The notes under the pieces are model-generated. The model did no database searches. It was given only the letters and a program-made list of their open reading frames with translations, and was not told where the DNA came from. A stretch of 64,000 nucleotides of DNA, from NCBI GenBank assembly GCA_963777505.1, contig CAVZQN010000010.1, positions 38,003-102,002 on the forward strand, written 5' to 3'. Below, one piece after another: positions 10,142 through 20,240 of the stretch. This stretch comes from an uncultured bacterium. GTDB taxonomy: Bacteria > Acidobacteriota > HRBIN11 > JAKEFK01. Both the position numbers and the translations under genes were made by a program. Position 1 is the stretch's first letter. Each line of letters starts with the position of its first letter.

Positions 10142-11571
10142 ATCTGCCTTCGATCTTTTCGAATCCGCTGTTGATCAAGCAGCTTCGCGAAGAGGTACGT
10201 TCCCGCAAAATCTTTTTCATCGTTCCTGTGTATATTGCTTTGCTTTCCATCGTTCCTTTGATTGCAGTTTCAAGTAACACCGGTACGTCATTCAATCCAG
10301 TCGATCTGGCAACATCATCAAGGATAACGATGTATTCCTTTGTCATCACAATTAGCGTTCTTCTAGGACTGGTATCGATCGTTTTTGGAGCGGCAAGTTT
10401 TACAACGGAACGGGAAAAGGCAACATATGAACTTCTGGAATTGACTCCGTTGAGCTATATAGATCTGGTTCTAGGAAAATTTCTGCATGGTTTTATTTTG
10501 ATTCTTTTGATTCTTCTTACTTCCCTTCCCGTACTTGCGACGCTTTTTTTTATGGGAGGGCTTGCTTACAGCGATCTTTTGTTAAGCCTTTTTTATCTCA
10601 CTATATTTTTTTCAGCGGTACTTCTGGGCACGATCTGCGTTTCGATTGTCTCTTCGCGAACGATCCTGAGCATTATTCTTTCGTTAGCATTAGGCTTTGT
10701 GGTGGCAGTGCTTGCAGGAGTGTTGACAACTGCTGTGTCGCGTCAACCTCGTTGGCTTGGGTTTGCGGTATTTTCACCCTGGCTGGTAACGTGGCAGCAA
10801 ATTTTCGATCCGACTCCGCTGAAACTTGCAGGTCAAATTGTTCCGATCTGGCCACTTTATCTCGGCTTGTATTTGTTGGTTGGCCTTTTGTTCGTTTGTT
10901 GGGGACGAAATGCCCTGGATAGCCGTAAGCTTGAACGGAATCCGTGGGTGCGGCTCATTACTCTGCTTCTTTTCAATTCATATTTATTAATTGGAGTGCT
11001 TTGCTGGCGCTCTCATGGTCCTATCAACAAAAATGCAATTTCTGATTTTTTTGATGCGATGATGATTCTATTAATGTTCACGTTGCCCTGTTTCGCGATG
11101 GGTACTTTGACAGATCGTGATCACACCCGGTTCTTTAAAAAACCACTTCTTGAATCATTGAATTTTCGCCGCGTGCTTATGAATGATCCGTTAACCGGGA
11201 TGCTTTTCCTGATGTTGAGTGTGCTTATTGTTGGGCTTAACTTCGCAATTGCGTCTGGCGCAGGGATTAAGATGGTTTCCGAATTTGCATTTATTCCATT
11301 TATCTGGATTATGCCGTGGTTCCTTATCTTTATTGCGTTACGACTCTGTGGATTCCGTCCGCGAGGCTTATTTATTGCGTATGTGCTTGGCGCTATTCTC
11401 TATGTAATTATTGCCGCGTTCGATACAAATCCTCCTCCTGCTGGATTCACTGAATTTCTTATTGGTAGCTACAGAATTGCATTTCCATGGATCATCGCAG
11501 TTCCATTTTTTATTGTAGCCAGGATCTGGTCTTCTCGCCGGTTAAAAGCCTCCTCGACAGGAGTCGTATAA
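10138..11571 (+). CDS. ABC-2 type permease
   Basis: NPLLIKQLR...EREKATYELLELTPLS...LVLGK motif; many TM helices; overlaps the ATPase stop. Confidence 0.85.
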   Translation: MNLPSIFSNPLLIKQLREEVRSRKIFFIVPVYIALLSIVPLIAVSSNTGTSFNPVDLATSSRITMYSFVITISVLLGLVSIVFGAASFTTEREKATYELLELTPLSYIDLVLGKFLHGFILILLILLTSLPVLATLFFMGGLAYSDLLLSLFYLTIFFSAVLLGTICVSIVSSRTILSIILSLALGFVVAVLAGVLTTAVSRQPRWLGFAVFSPWLVTWQQIFDPTPLKLAGQIVPIWPLYLGLYLLVGLLFVCWGRNALDSRKLERNPWVRLITLLLFNSYLLIGVLCWRSHGPINKNAISDFFDAMMILLMFTLPCFAMGTLTDRDHTRFFKKPLLESLNFRRVLMNDPLTGMLFLMLSVLIVGLNFAIASGAGIKMVSEFAFIPFIWIMPWFLIFIALRLCGFRPRGLFIAYVLGAILYVIIAAFDTNPPPAGFTEFLIGSYRIAFPWIIAVPFFIVARIWSSRRLKASSTGVV

Positions 11572-11580
11572 AATATTGAT

Positions 11581-13025
11581 ATGCGTTCTGACAAAATCGA
11601 TCGGCATCTGATCAAAATTAAAAGACTTCGTTTGTTACGCCTTGTACTTCAGATTACGCTTCTGGCAACTTCTGCGGTATTGCTCACGATCTTAGCCGGC
11701 GCATTGCAGAAACGTATCTCGTTTATCATCCTGTCATTGTCTTTTTAGCGGCCGGGATTTTACTTTCGATTCTTGCTGTATTTTGCGCGCGGATTTATTT
11801 TCGCGAAAGCCAATCTTCAATCGCACATGAGTTAGATTCCGAACACAAGTTAAAAGACAGGCTTTCAACATATATCGAAATTCGTGATTCAAGTCATCCA
11901 TTTCTTCCTGCCTTGATTACCGAATCCGAAACTCACCTGCCTCAAATTTCACTTCGCGGTTCGGCTCGTTTCCAAAAAGGCTCTGCAATTCCATTACTGC
12001 TCAATTCAATACTCGCACTAAGCCTCGCCACTTTTACTCTTTGGCCGGTTCCGAAGGCGACCGCTTCTCGCGCTGCACAACACCGCCAGGTAAAAAAACA
12101 TACAAAACAGTTGATCAAAGATATTGAACAAATCAAGAAAACACCTGATACTCCGCTCGAAATCAAAAAATTAGCCGAAGAATTTAGGAAGTTGGCCGAC
12201 CGCATCGATAAACCGGATGTCGATCCGGCACAAGCACTTCAAAAAGTAAACTCAATGCAAAAACAGTTAAAAGATTTACAAAACAAGTTCGATAAGGAAC
12301 GGAAACAAAACTTCGCTAAAGATCTGAATTCAAACAAAACAACAAGCCAAAAAAATAAATCCAACAATCAAGAGCCGGGGCTTCAAAGCGAAGCACGTAC
12401 CCTTCAAGAAGCTCTGGAAAAAGAAGGGCTCCAGGGTGGAGAAGAATTACAGCAAAAGATTCAAAGTGGAAATCTGACACGCGAAGATCTGAAAAAGATG
12501 CAAAAGGCATTGGAAAATTACAAATCAGATAAGAAAACGAAAGATCAAAAATTAGCAGAACTGCAGCAATCCCTTGAGAATGCGCGTAAAGGAATGACCT
12601 CCGGCAAAAGATCAATTACATACAACAGCAAAATCGATGAAAACAATATGAATGACTCTAAAGGCGGAGTCGAAGATGGACCTGGCACAACAAACAAGGA
12701 TTTTGGCCCTCATCATTTTGATACTAAGAAAAAGGGAGAAAGCCGTTACAGTGAGGATCGCACTAAGACTGAATATGAACAATTGTATTCCGGCCAACGA
12801 GAGAATGTTGGAAAGGATCCGTTATTTGTAGGCAGTAAGTGGGATGCTGAAAAATCTCGTTATGTTCGTGTACGTACTTTTGGCGAAGAAAGTAATCCGG
12901 AAATTGTGCTGGATCAAACTAAAATGGCGCCTCAAACCGAAGAAGAATCCGTTGTTGGAAAAGAAAAAATTCCAGCTGCATATCGTGATTTGATTCGACG
13001 CTATTTCGACAGCATTGACAAATGA
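11581..13025 (+). CDS. Membrane-anchored coiled-coil protein of the MoxR cluster, frameshifted near 11705
   Basis: ATG at 11581 (MRSDKIDRHL) joins by a 1-nt shift to a frame reading AHELDSEHKLKDRLSTY and ending IPAAYRDLIRRYF. Confidence 0.75.
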
Positions 13026-13033
13026 AATTAATT

Positions 13034-13115
13034 TTCACCACAGAGTCACGGAGAACACGGAGTTAAATTAGCAATTTATAATAAGACTCCGTGCCCTCCG
13101 TGACTCCGTGGTGAA
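13034..13115. repeat. Nonamer-armed palindromic element (CACAGAG/CACGGAG type)
   Basis: ttcaccacagagtcacggagaacacggag ... ctccgtgccctccgtgactccgtggtgaa. Confidence 0.85.
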
Positions 13116-13125
13116 CAAATAATTT

Positions 13126-14094
13126 ATGACAGAAGAAAAAGCAGAACAATTTCGCACAACATACAGTGCCATCCAATCTGAAATCGGCAAAAGAATTGTA
13201 GGACAAAGAGAAGTTGTAGATGCTGCGATTGATGCGTTGTTTTTGGGTGGTCATGTTTTGCTGGAAGGTGTGCCCGGTCTAGGAAAAACTTTACTTGTTC
13301 GAACGCTCGCCGAAGCACTTGAACTTCGCTTTTCCAGAATACAATTTACGCCCGATTTGATGCCCGCCGATATTTTGGGAACAAATATTATTATCGAAAC
13401 AAATCCCGGGCAGAAACAATTTCTTTTTCAAAAAGGTCCTGTTTTTACTCACATTTTGCTTGCTGATGAAATCAATCGAGCAACACCGAAGACACAATCT
13501 GCGCTGCTGGAAGCCATGCAGGAACGAAGCGTGACGGTCGCAGGAGTTCGAAATGAACTCGAAGAGCCTTTTTATGTTCTTGCAACGCAGAATCCCATTG
13601 AAATGGAAGGTACTTATCCTTTACCTGAAGCACAACTCGATCGATTTCTCTACAAGGTGCTTGTACAATTTCCACCGGAAAACGATTTATTAGCAATATT
13701 GAATAGAACGACTGGTGATGAAACAATCCAGGTTAAACCGGCCGCAAACCGGGATCGAGTTCGTGAATTTTCTCACCTGATCTTGCAAGTCCCGGCGGCA
13801 GAGACTGTCGTTCAATATGCAGCACAACTTGTTCTTCGTACACATCCCGACAATCCGCAAGCGCCTGATGTCATAAAACAATACGTGCGTTATGGAGCCA
13901 GTCCTCGCGGCGCACAAGCACTGATCCTTTCTGCAAAAATTCGCGCTCTAAAAGATGGGCGTTACAACGCATCCAGAGATGATATTGCTGCCGCAGCACT
14001 ACCCTCTCTTCGTCATCGCTTGATTTTGAACCTGGAAGGATTGGCTGAAAATATTTCGCCGGATTCACTGATTCAACAACTAATCCAAAACTGA
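13126..14094 (+). CDS. moxR: MoxR family AAA+ ATPase
   Basis: HVLLEGVPGLGKT, RIQFTPDLMPADI, LADEINRATPKTQSALLEAM, ATQNPIEMEGTYPLPEAQLDRF. Confidence 0.96.
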   Translation: MTEEKAEQFRTTYSAIQSEIGKRIVGQREVVDAAIDALFLGGHVLLEGVPGLGKTLLVRTLAEALELRFSRIQFTPDLMPADILGTNIIIETNPGQKQFLFQKGPVFTHILLADEINRATPKTQSALLEAMQERSVTVAGVRNELEEPFYVLATQNPIEMEGTYPLPEAQLDRFLYKVLVQFPPENDLLAILNRTTGDETIQVKPAANRDRVREFSHLILQVPAAETVVQYAAQLVLRTHPDNPQAPDVIKQYVRYGASPRGAQALILSAKIRALKDGRYNASRDDIAAAALPSLRHRLILNLEGLAENISPDSLIQQLIQN

Positions 14095-14101
14095 AAACGT
14101 T

Positions 14102-14401
14102 CTATGGCCGCACTCTAGCATCAAGCATCTGATACATCTCAAAGCTGAAACCCGCATTTGATCGGATAGCTGGATCATTTGTGGCAATATTCTGCGCGGA
14201 CGCTTCATTTTCAACTTCAACAACAGCAATCCCATATGTGCCCTTAGGATCCATAACCGGTCCATAGGCCACGACCTTGCGTTCGGCAATCAAATTACCC
14301 CAGTAATCAAAATGCTCTTGCATAATCGCGCCTTCGACTTCAGTCATATCCATGGGAAATGTGGGTCGAGGTGGAATCAGTTTGAAGAAAAAATGATTCA
14401 T
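14102..14401 (-). CDS. YciI-like protein
   Basis: RPTF...MQEHFDYW...YGPVMDP...DPAI pattern. Confidence 0.75.
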   Translation of the reverse strand: MNHFFFKLIPPRPTFPMDMTEVEGAIMQEHFDYWGNLIAERKVVAYGPVMDPKGTYGIAVVEVENEASAQNIATNDPAIRSNAGFSFEMYQMLDARVRP

Positions 14402-14449
14402 AACTTACTACTCTCCTGGAACACTTATTCAACTTTATTGCAGTTGTTC

Positions 14450-14523
14450 GTAGGGGCGACCCTTGTGATCGCCCATTTCTTCGTGATCAGGACTCGCCGG
14501 GCGGCCACAAGGGCCGCCCCTAC
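14450..14523. repeat. GTAG-type REP doublet
   Basis: GTAGGGGCGACCCTTGTGATCGCCC ... GGGCGGCCACAAGGGCCGCCCCTAC. Confidence 0.85.
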
Positions 14524-14540
14524 TTAGTCTTTAGTATAAA

Positions 14541-16268
14541 TCAGTGACGGCGTTCGATTTTGAACAAGATGCTTTCGCGTTTTGGCAATCCGAGAACGGA
14601 AAGAGCTTTTTCGTTATTCGGATCCATTTGAAGAATGATATTGAGGTGTCTGAAGGCTTTCAATTTTAAACCTTGAGTTTGGTAAAAATCCGCAAGAGCA
14701 AAATGATTCTCCACATTACTCGGTTCGATTTCCAATGCACGCAGGAGTTGTTGCTCACCCTCTTTGGCATGACCAGCCTTCTGTAATTTTTTTCCAAATT
14801 GCCTGAGAAGATCCAGATCAACCGGGTTTTGTACCAGTGCTTCCTTTAATTCCTTCAGTGTCATTTCATGATCAGGTGGAAAAGGAGGTTTTTCTTCCTT
14901 GATTTCAGGAGGCAGCTGTTTCGGAACATCAACTGATTTCTGACCTGAATAAATTGATTCAACAGCGGGAGAAGGTTCGATTACTTCGGGCTTCTGCACT
15001 GTAGCTGCAGGTTTCATTTGTTGTGGTTCCGGATAGTCATCCATGTTAATTGGTGTTGGTGAAAAATCCACGTCCGGATAGGGTTCATTCATAAACGAAT
15101 CTTGTGCTTCTTCAAGCATTTCTGATGAATGCAATTCAACTGCATGAGAATTTTCGTCAATTTGAGTTAAGTTTCGATGCGCCTGTGCAAGGCGATCGAC
15201 AATGGCCTTCAGCGTATCTTTTAGATCATGAAAAAGATCGGCTGAATAATAACAATAATGAAAAACACCCGTCAGATAATCATAAGATTTCTGAATTTCA
15301 TCTTCCGTGCATCCGCTCATAAGGTTTAAGACTTCTTCGTCCGTTGCAACTTGAAATTTGAGATGGGTAAAATCAATCAGATCTCGAAGTTCTTCGGGAG
15401 TGAAAGAATCTAACGGACGTTGCTCTTGTGATCGAGTAGGAATTTGAATATCAAGGACGGCAGGTGTTGTTGGTGGAGGTTCAGGCGGTGCATCAAAAAG
15501 ATTGAGAGACCAGTTTCGCGGATCTTCCGGTGACTTTTGATGCTCGCCTACTGTAAATCCAACCATCCCAGACAGTAAAAGACTGAACATTGCCCGGCCA
15601 AATTCAAGAGGTGCCAGTTTCGATTTTTTTCTAAGCTCATAAATAGAAGTCACTCCATCGACGCACGACAGGATGGTTTCTTCCTGAAAATCAAAATCAG
15701 ATCTTTGAATTCGTGGAGTACCCTGTGGAAGCACAATCCGACTTTCATCATCACCAAGCGATCGCTCCAAAACGATTAAATTACTAATGTTTCGAACACC
15801 TCTGAGTACAAGGTTCGGCGTGGAAACCCGCACTGAAATTTCGTGCTGAACTGAACGAATGTCTTCTTCAAATTCATAGAGGCCATAATCCCAATCGAAT
15901 ACAGAATACAAAATATGTTGCACCTGATAATTCAGTCCAACGTATAAATCCATGGTTGTGATATAACCACGCTCCACAAGCGCATCACCCAGGCGTCGTC
16001 CTTCTGCAACTTCTCGGACTACTGCGTTAAATTCTTCCTCACTGATTTTTCCAAGTTTGATCAGCATTTCGCCAAATCTTTCTTCAGACAGACTGGAATG
16101 AGCGAAAATAATGTCGCCCTTACGGAAATAAATATCACGGCGGATTTTGTGTTGAGTAAAACGCAGGCGACCGCTAAGTCCTGATTCGTAAATGTTTAAG
16201 ACAAGCTCTGCGGCATGAATGTCAGCAAGACTGCCATTCATCTTATGAGAAGAATGGTCGGACGTCAT
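14541..16268 (-). CDS. DUF4388 domain + degenerate J domain + TPR protein
   Basis: GSLADIHAAELV...SGRLRF...IYFRKGDIIFAHS...RFGEMLIKLGKI; J-like helix ending FHYCYY; C-terminal TPRs. Confidence 0.8.
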   Translation of the reverse strand: MTSDHSSHKMNGSLADIHAAELVLNIYESGLSGRLRFTQHKIRRDIYFRKGDIIFAHSSLSEERFGEMLIKLGKISEEEFNAVVREVAEGRRLGDALVERGYITTMDLYVGLNYQVQHILYSVFDWDYGLYEFEEDIRSVQHEISVRVSTPNLVLRGVRNISNLIVLERSLGDDESRIVLPQGTPRIQRSDFDFQEETILSCVDGVTSIYELRKKSKLAPLEFGRAMFSLLLSGMVGFTVGEHQKSPEDPRNWSLNLFDAPPEPPPTTPAVLDIQIPTRSQEQRPLDSFTPEELRDLIDFTHLKFQVATDEEVLNLMSGCTEDEIQKSYDYLTGVFHYCYYSADLFHDLKDTLKAIVDRLAQAHRNLTQIDENSHAVELHSSEMLEEAQDSFMNEPYPDVDFSPTPINMDDYPEPQQMKPAATVQKPEVIEPSPAVESIYSGQKSVDVPKQLPPEIKEEKPPFPPDHEMTLKELKEALVQNPVDLDLLRQFGKKLQKAGHAKEGEQQLLRALEIEPSNVENHFALADFYQTQGLKLKAFRHLNIILQMDPNNEKALSVLGLPKRESILFKIERRH

Positions 16269-16440
16269 AACGATGCTTGAGCCAGAATGGATCCCCTCTG
16301 GTTAGATTATGCCTGTCTGCCAGAAACTCTTCAACTGCTCACCTCCCTCCGCTCCTCTGCTCCCCTGCTCCCCTGCACTGTCTAAGGGCTCAAAATCGAC
16401 AATTTCTAAGAGAGTGGAAGTTTGACGAGAGTACGAGCAT

Positions 16441-18486
16441 TTACTTGGGTCTGTCGAGGATCTCGCGTACTTTTGACAGAAGGACTGACATCGAGACAGG
16501 CTTGCTCAGGAAATCGGTTCCTGTCTCAATCCTGCCCTGACGCTCGAACGCTTCACGAGAATATCCTGACATACATAAGACGTGCAAATGCGGACGCAAC
16601 TTTCGCAATGACTGTGCTAAAGCAAGGCCGCTCATTGTCGGCATGACGATATCAGTGATCATGAGATGCACAGGCTCAACATAATGTCGAAGCAACTCGA
16701 TTGATTCTGGACCATTTGCAGCTTGAAGGACTTTGTATCCATGCACTTCAAGTAAAGCGCTCATTGAACTGCGCACGGGTTCATTATCATCCACAATCAA
16801 AATTGTTTCTGATCCTTTGAGCGAAACACTTTGTGCAACCACTGTATCTTTCTGAATGACTCTTTCCTCATCCATACGCGGAAAATACACGCGAAATACC
16901 GATCCATGTCCCGGCTCGCTGTAGACAGTAATGTATCCCTCACTCTGTTTCACAATTCCGTAGACCGTTGAAAGTCCTAAACCGGTTCCTCTGCCATGTT
17001 CCTTTGTTGTAAAAAACGGCTCGAAAATTCGAGCCATGGTCGCTTCAGTCATTCCTGTTCCTGTATCCGAAACAGTTAACAATACATAACGACCGATTCG
17101 TGATCCTGCATGATGGCTCGTATATTCCTCATCCATTTCGGTGTTGGAAGTTTCAATGATCAGCCTTCCACCTTCAGGCATTGCATCGCGAGCGTTGATT
17201 GAAAGATTCATAATGACTTGCTCAACTTTGCTCGGATCCGCTTTTATACGGCCCAGCCCTTCATCAAAAATCATATGCAGTTCGATATCTTCTCCGAGTA
17301 GTCGTTTCAGGAAATTTTCCATACTGCGAAGAATTGAGTTCAATTCGATAATTTTGGGCTGCATGATTTGACGACGGCTGAACGCGAGCATTTGCTGAGT
17401 CAGCGAAGCACCCTGTTCAGCAGATTTCAAAATTTCAGCAAGCGATTGGCGCAATGGACTTCGTTCATCCAATTTCGACATGGTAAGTTCAGCAAATCCT
17501 GTGATTGCCATCAAAATATTATTGAAGTCGTGTGCAACACCACCGGCGAGTTGTCCGATCGCTTCAATCTTCTGAACTTGAAAAAGCTGTTCCTGGAGTC
17601 CACGAACGTGAGTAATATCCCGCAAAAATCCGCGGTATCCAACGATACGTCCATTTTCATAGAGCGCAGTACATGTCTCCAGAACATGAAGCTTATCCCC
17701 GGAAATCTTCTTCAAGGTCAGTTCGTAATCCTTTAAATTACCTTCCGATTTCAAAGCTGCATGATGTCGCTTTTGAACTTCTGTATCCCAGTAGAAGTCA
17801 TCAAGCTTTTTGCTTAGCATTTCGTCCTTGTCTGTCACTCCGAGCAACTGTACCCCTGTTGCATTAATTTCTTGAAAAGATCCATCCGCCGCGCAAATAA
17901 AAACTGCATCGGGTGATTCCTCAAACAAGATCCTGTATTTTTCATCGGATTTACGAAGCCCTTCCTCAGCAATCTTCCCGCTCGCTAAGCGGTCTCTTAA
18001 TCGAAGATCGAGTAAAACCATTACCTGCTTCGCAAGACTCTGCAAGAGTTCAATTTGATCGCTATTGAGAGGTCGTGGAGTTTTATCAAGAATGCTGAGC
18101 GATCCCAAAACATGACCACTTTGAGTTACGAGAGGTGCACCAGCGTAAAATCTGTAACCTGGCTGCGAGGTGACCAAATGCAATGATGCATAACGCGGAT
18201 CAAGTAATGCGTCAGTCACAACAAGAACATGATTCGGATCTGCAATCACAAAATGACAGAATGAGTTATCGCGTTTGAATTCGCTTTCAGACAACCCTGT
18301 TTTTGATTTTAACCAGACACGATTGCTATCGACGAAGCTGATAAATGCTGCAGGAACTTGAAATAGGCGGGACGCAAAACGAGTGATCTCGTCGAAGATT
18401 TCTTCGGCGACAGAATCTAAAACATCATACTGATAAAGTGAATCAAGACGAGCTTCTTCGCTCGATGATCCAGTCTGTAGTGACAC
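16441..18486 (-). CDS. Hybrid histidine kinase GAF-PAS-HisKA-HATPase-REC (CckA-like architecture)
   Basis: RFYAGAPL (GAF), AGGVAHDFNNIL H-box, NARDAM, DTGTGM, GTGLGL, receiver ITDIVMP. Confidence 0.93.
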   Translation of the reverse strand: MSLQTGSSSEEARLDSLYQYDVLDSVAEEIFDEITRFASRLFQVPAAFISFVDSNRVWLKSKTGLSESEFKRDNSFCHFVIADPNHVLVVTDALLDPRYASLHLVTSQPGYRFYAGAPLVTQSGHVLGSLSILDKTPRPLNSDQIELLQSLAKQVMVLLDLRLRDRLASGKIAEEGLRKSDEKYRILFEESPDAVFICAADGSFQEINATGVQLLGVTDKDEMLSKKLDDFYWDTEVQKRHHAALKSEGNLKDYELTLKKISGDKLHVLETCTALYENGRIVGYRGFLRDITHVRGLQEQLFQVQKIEAIGQLAGGVAHDFNNILMAITGFAELTMSKLDERSPLRQSLAEILKSAEQGASLTQQMLAFSRRQIMQPKIIELNSILRSMENFLKRLLGEDIELHMIFDEGLGRIKADPSKVEQVIMNLSINARDAMPEGGRLIIETSNTEMDEEYTSHHAGSRIGRYVLLTVSDTGTGMTEATMARIFEPFFTTKEHGRGTGLGLSTVYGIVKQSEGYITVYSEPGHGSVFRVYFPRMDEERVIQKDTVVAQSVSLKGSETILIVDDNEPVRSSMSALLEVHGYKVLQAANGPESIELLRHYVEPVHLMITDIVMPTMSGLALAQSLRKLRPHLHVLCMSGYSREAFERQGRIETGTDFLSKPVSMSVLLSKVREILDRPK

Positions 18487-18566
18487 CTACTCCCCTCCGT
18501 GTGTCACCCTTCTCTGGTCAAAGTGATTTTATCATAGAAGATACGAGCTTAAGTCCATACCCTTTG

Positions 18567-18968
18567 TTAGGAACAAACTGAGAATACAGAGAATCGAAGT
18601 TCAGCTGGTTCAGCTTCTGTTCCTTGTTCATCGGAGGCATCCACCGTAAAAGTGACACGATGCCGGTGATTGGGACCACCAGCAGCCTTAAAGCGGATTG
18701 AAACTGTAGTTCCACTGGATTCTGTTCCAGTCGTTTGCTCTATATTTCCATGCTGGAGTGTATTCATTTTCGCGTTCCACGTAATTTGGTCTCCATTTGG
18801 ATCTGTCACCATAAATGTGATTTGAGCGCCACTACCGGCACACACGATTTCAGGTTCGATCCTTAGATTCGTTATAACCGGCGCTAAAACTGGATCTACA
18901 GGCTCTTGAGGTTCACGGCAGCCATAGCATGCCCACATCAAACAAAACAGTAAGAAACAATTTTTCAT
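18567..18968 (-). CDS. Lipoprotein with an Ig/PKD-like domain
   Basis: Lipobox ACYGC; VTDPNGDQITW beta-rich motif. Confidence 0.6.
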   Translation of the reverse strand: MKNCFLLFCLMWACYGCREPQEPVDPVLAPVITNLRIEPEIVCAGSGAQITFMVTDPNGDQITWNAKMNTLQHGNIEQTTGTESSGTTVSIRFKAAGGPNHRHRVTFTVDASDEQGTEAEPAELRFSVFSVCS

Positions 18969-19051
18969 CGTGGAAAGTTATTTGAATTGAGTTCTTTTCA
19001 GATATTCTATTATCCGTTGAAGCGAATGTCCAAAAGTGTGAGGATTGATCT

Positions 19052-19915
19052 GTGCTCATAAGCCGGAAGTTGTTGTCTCGTTTGGAAACTTTACAAATTC
19101 CATCGCGGCGCAGGATGAGACAGCAGCATCGCGGTGAAAAAGTTAGCCTGCGCAAAGGATCCAGCCTGGAATTTTCTGATTATCGTGAATATTTGCAAGG
19201 GGATGATATCAGAAGCATTGATTGGAATGCGTATGCACGCAGCGAACGACTCTATCTAAAATTATTTCTAGAAGAAGAAAGTCGTCCGGTTTCGCTTATC
19301 GTTGATCGCAGTGAGTCGATGAATTTTGGATCTCCAACGAAGTTTGAATACGCATTATCCCTGGCCTGCTGTCTTGCCTACATTAGCTTAAATCACTATG
19401 ACCGCCCAGAAGTTTTATTGCTCCAGAATAAAGAATTCCATCGTTATCGATTTGGATCTATCAAGCAATTTTTCCCTCTGTTGAACCGCCTAGAAAATAT
19501 ACAGCCGAGCGGGGAGACGTATTTGAATGCAACACTTAAAAAGCTTGCAGGAGCAGGACGACCAGGAATCTGTTTTTTGATTTCCGATTTTTATTCTCCT
19601 GATGGATTTGATGCACTCAAACTTTTTTCAGTACGGGGAAATGAAGTTCATTGTCTGCAGGTTCTTTCTCCTGATGAAATTGTTCCTGAGTTTCGAGGAG
19701 ACTTAAAACTTGTCGATTCAGAAACGACAACAGCGGCTGAAGTTTCAATATCACCTCAGGTGATGAAACGTTATCTGGCCAGGCTTCGTAGCCTGCAAGA
19801 ATCAATCAAGAAAACAGCCGCACACAGTTTTGCCTCTTTTTCTGTAATTAATTCGTCAACTCCGCTTGAGGATTTAATATTGCGCGACATGCGAAAGACT
19901 GGTCTTGTCTCATGA
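19052..19915 (+). CDS. DUF58 (vWA-like) MoxR partner
   Basis: GSSLEFSDYREYLQGDDIRSIDWN; DRSESM; ISDF. Confidence 0.93.
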   Translation: MLISRKLLSRLETLQIPSRRRMRQQHRGEKVSLRKGSSLEFSDYREYLQGDDIRSIDWNAYARSERLYLKLFLEEESRPVSLIVDRSESMNFGSPTKFEYALSLACCLAYISLNHYDRPEVLLLQNKEFHRYRFGSIKQFFPLLNRLENIQPSGETYLNATLKKLAGAGRPGICFLISDFYSPDGFDALKLFSVRGNEVHCLQVLSPDEIVPEFRGDLKLVDSETTTAAEVSISPQVMKRYLARLRSLQESIKKTAAHSFASFSVINSSTPLEDLILRDMRKTGLVS

Positions 19916-19963
19916 AGTTCTTTGCGTCTTTGCGGTTAGCCAACTTTATGGTCAAATGAAGCA

Positions 19964-20218
19964 ATGATAAACAAAGACGACTGGCGCTTGAAGCGTCCGC
20001 GTAAATATTTAGAAAAAATTACACTTCAATGGACCACCTTTCAGCCGTTCAAAAAAGGAATGGAATCAGATCACTGCGAGTTCTGCTGGGCAAAGTTTGT
20101 CGCTCAGCCTAAACCAGACGCCCACCATGAAGGGTACTCGACACTTGATCATTACTACTGGATCTGTAAAAACTGCTTTGAAGACTTCAAAGATATGTTC
20201 CATTGGAGTGTGACGTAG
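19964..20218 (+). CDS. Small conserved-looking hypothetical protein with two CxxC motifs
   Basis: DHCEFCWAKF and WICKNCFEDF. Confidence 0.7.
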   Translation: MINKDDWRLKRPRKYLEKITLQWTTFQPFKKGMESDHCEFCWAKFVAQPKPDAHHEGYSTLDHYYWICKNCFEDFKDMFHWSVT

Positions 20219-20240
20219 CTGCCCACACGGGTATCCTGAA

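Noticed and set aside
16337-16380. (CTCCCCTG)n octamer run and ORF 16277..16540
   Set aside because: Short low-complexity repeat; the ORF is antisense-overlapping and has no protein-like features
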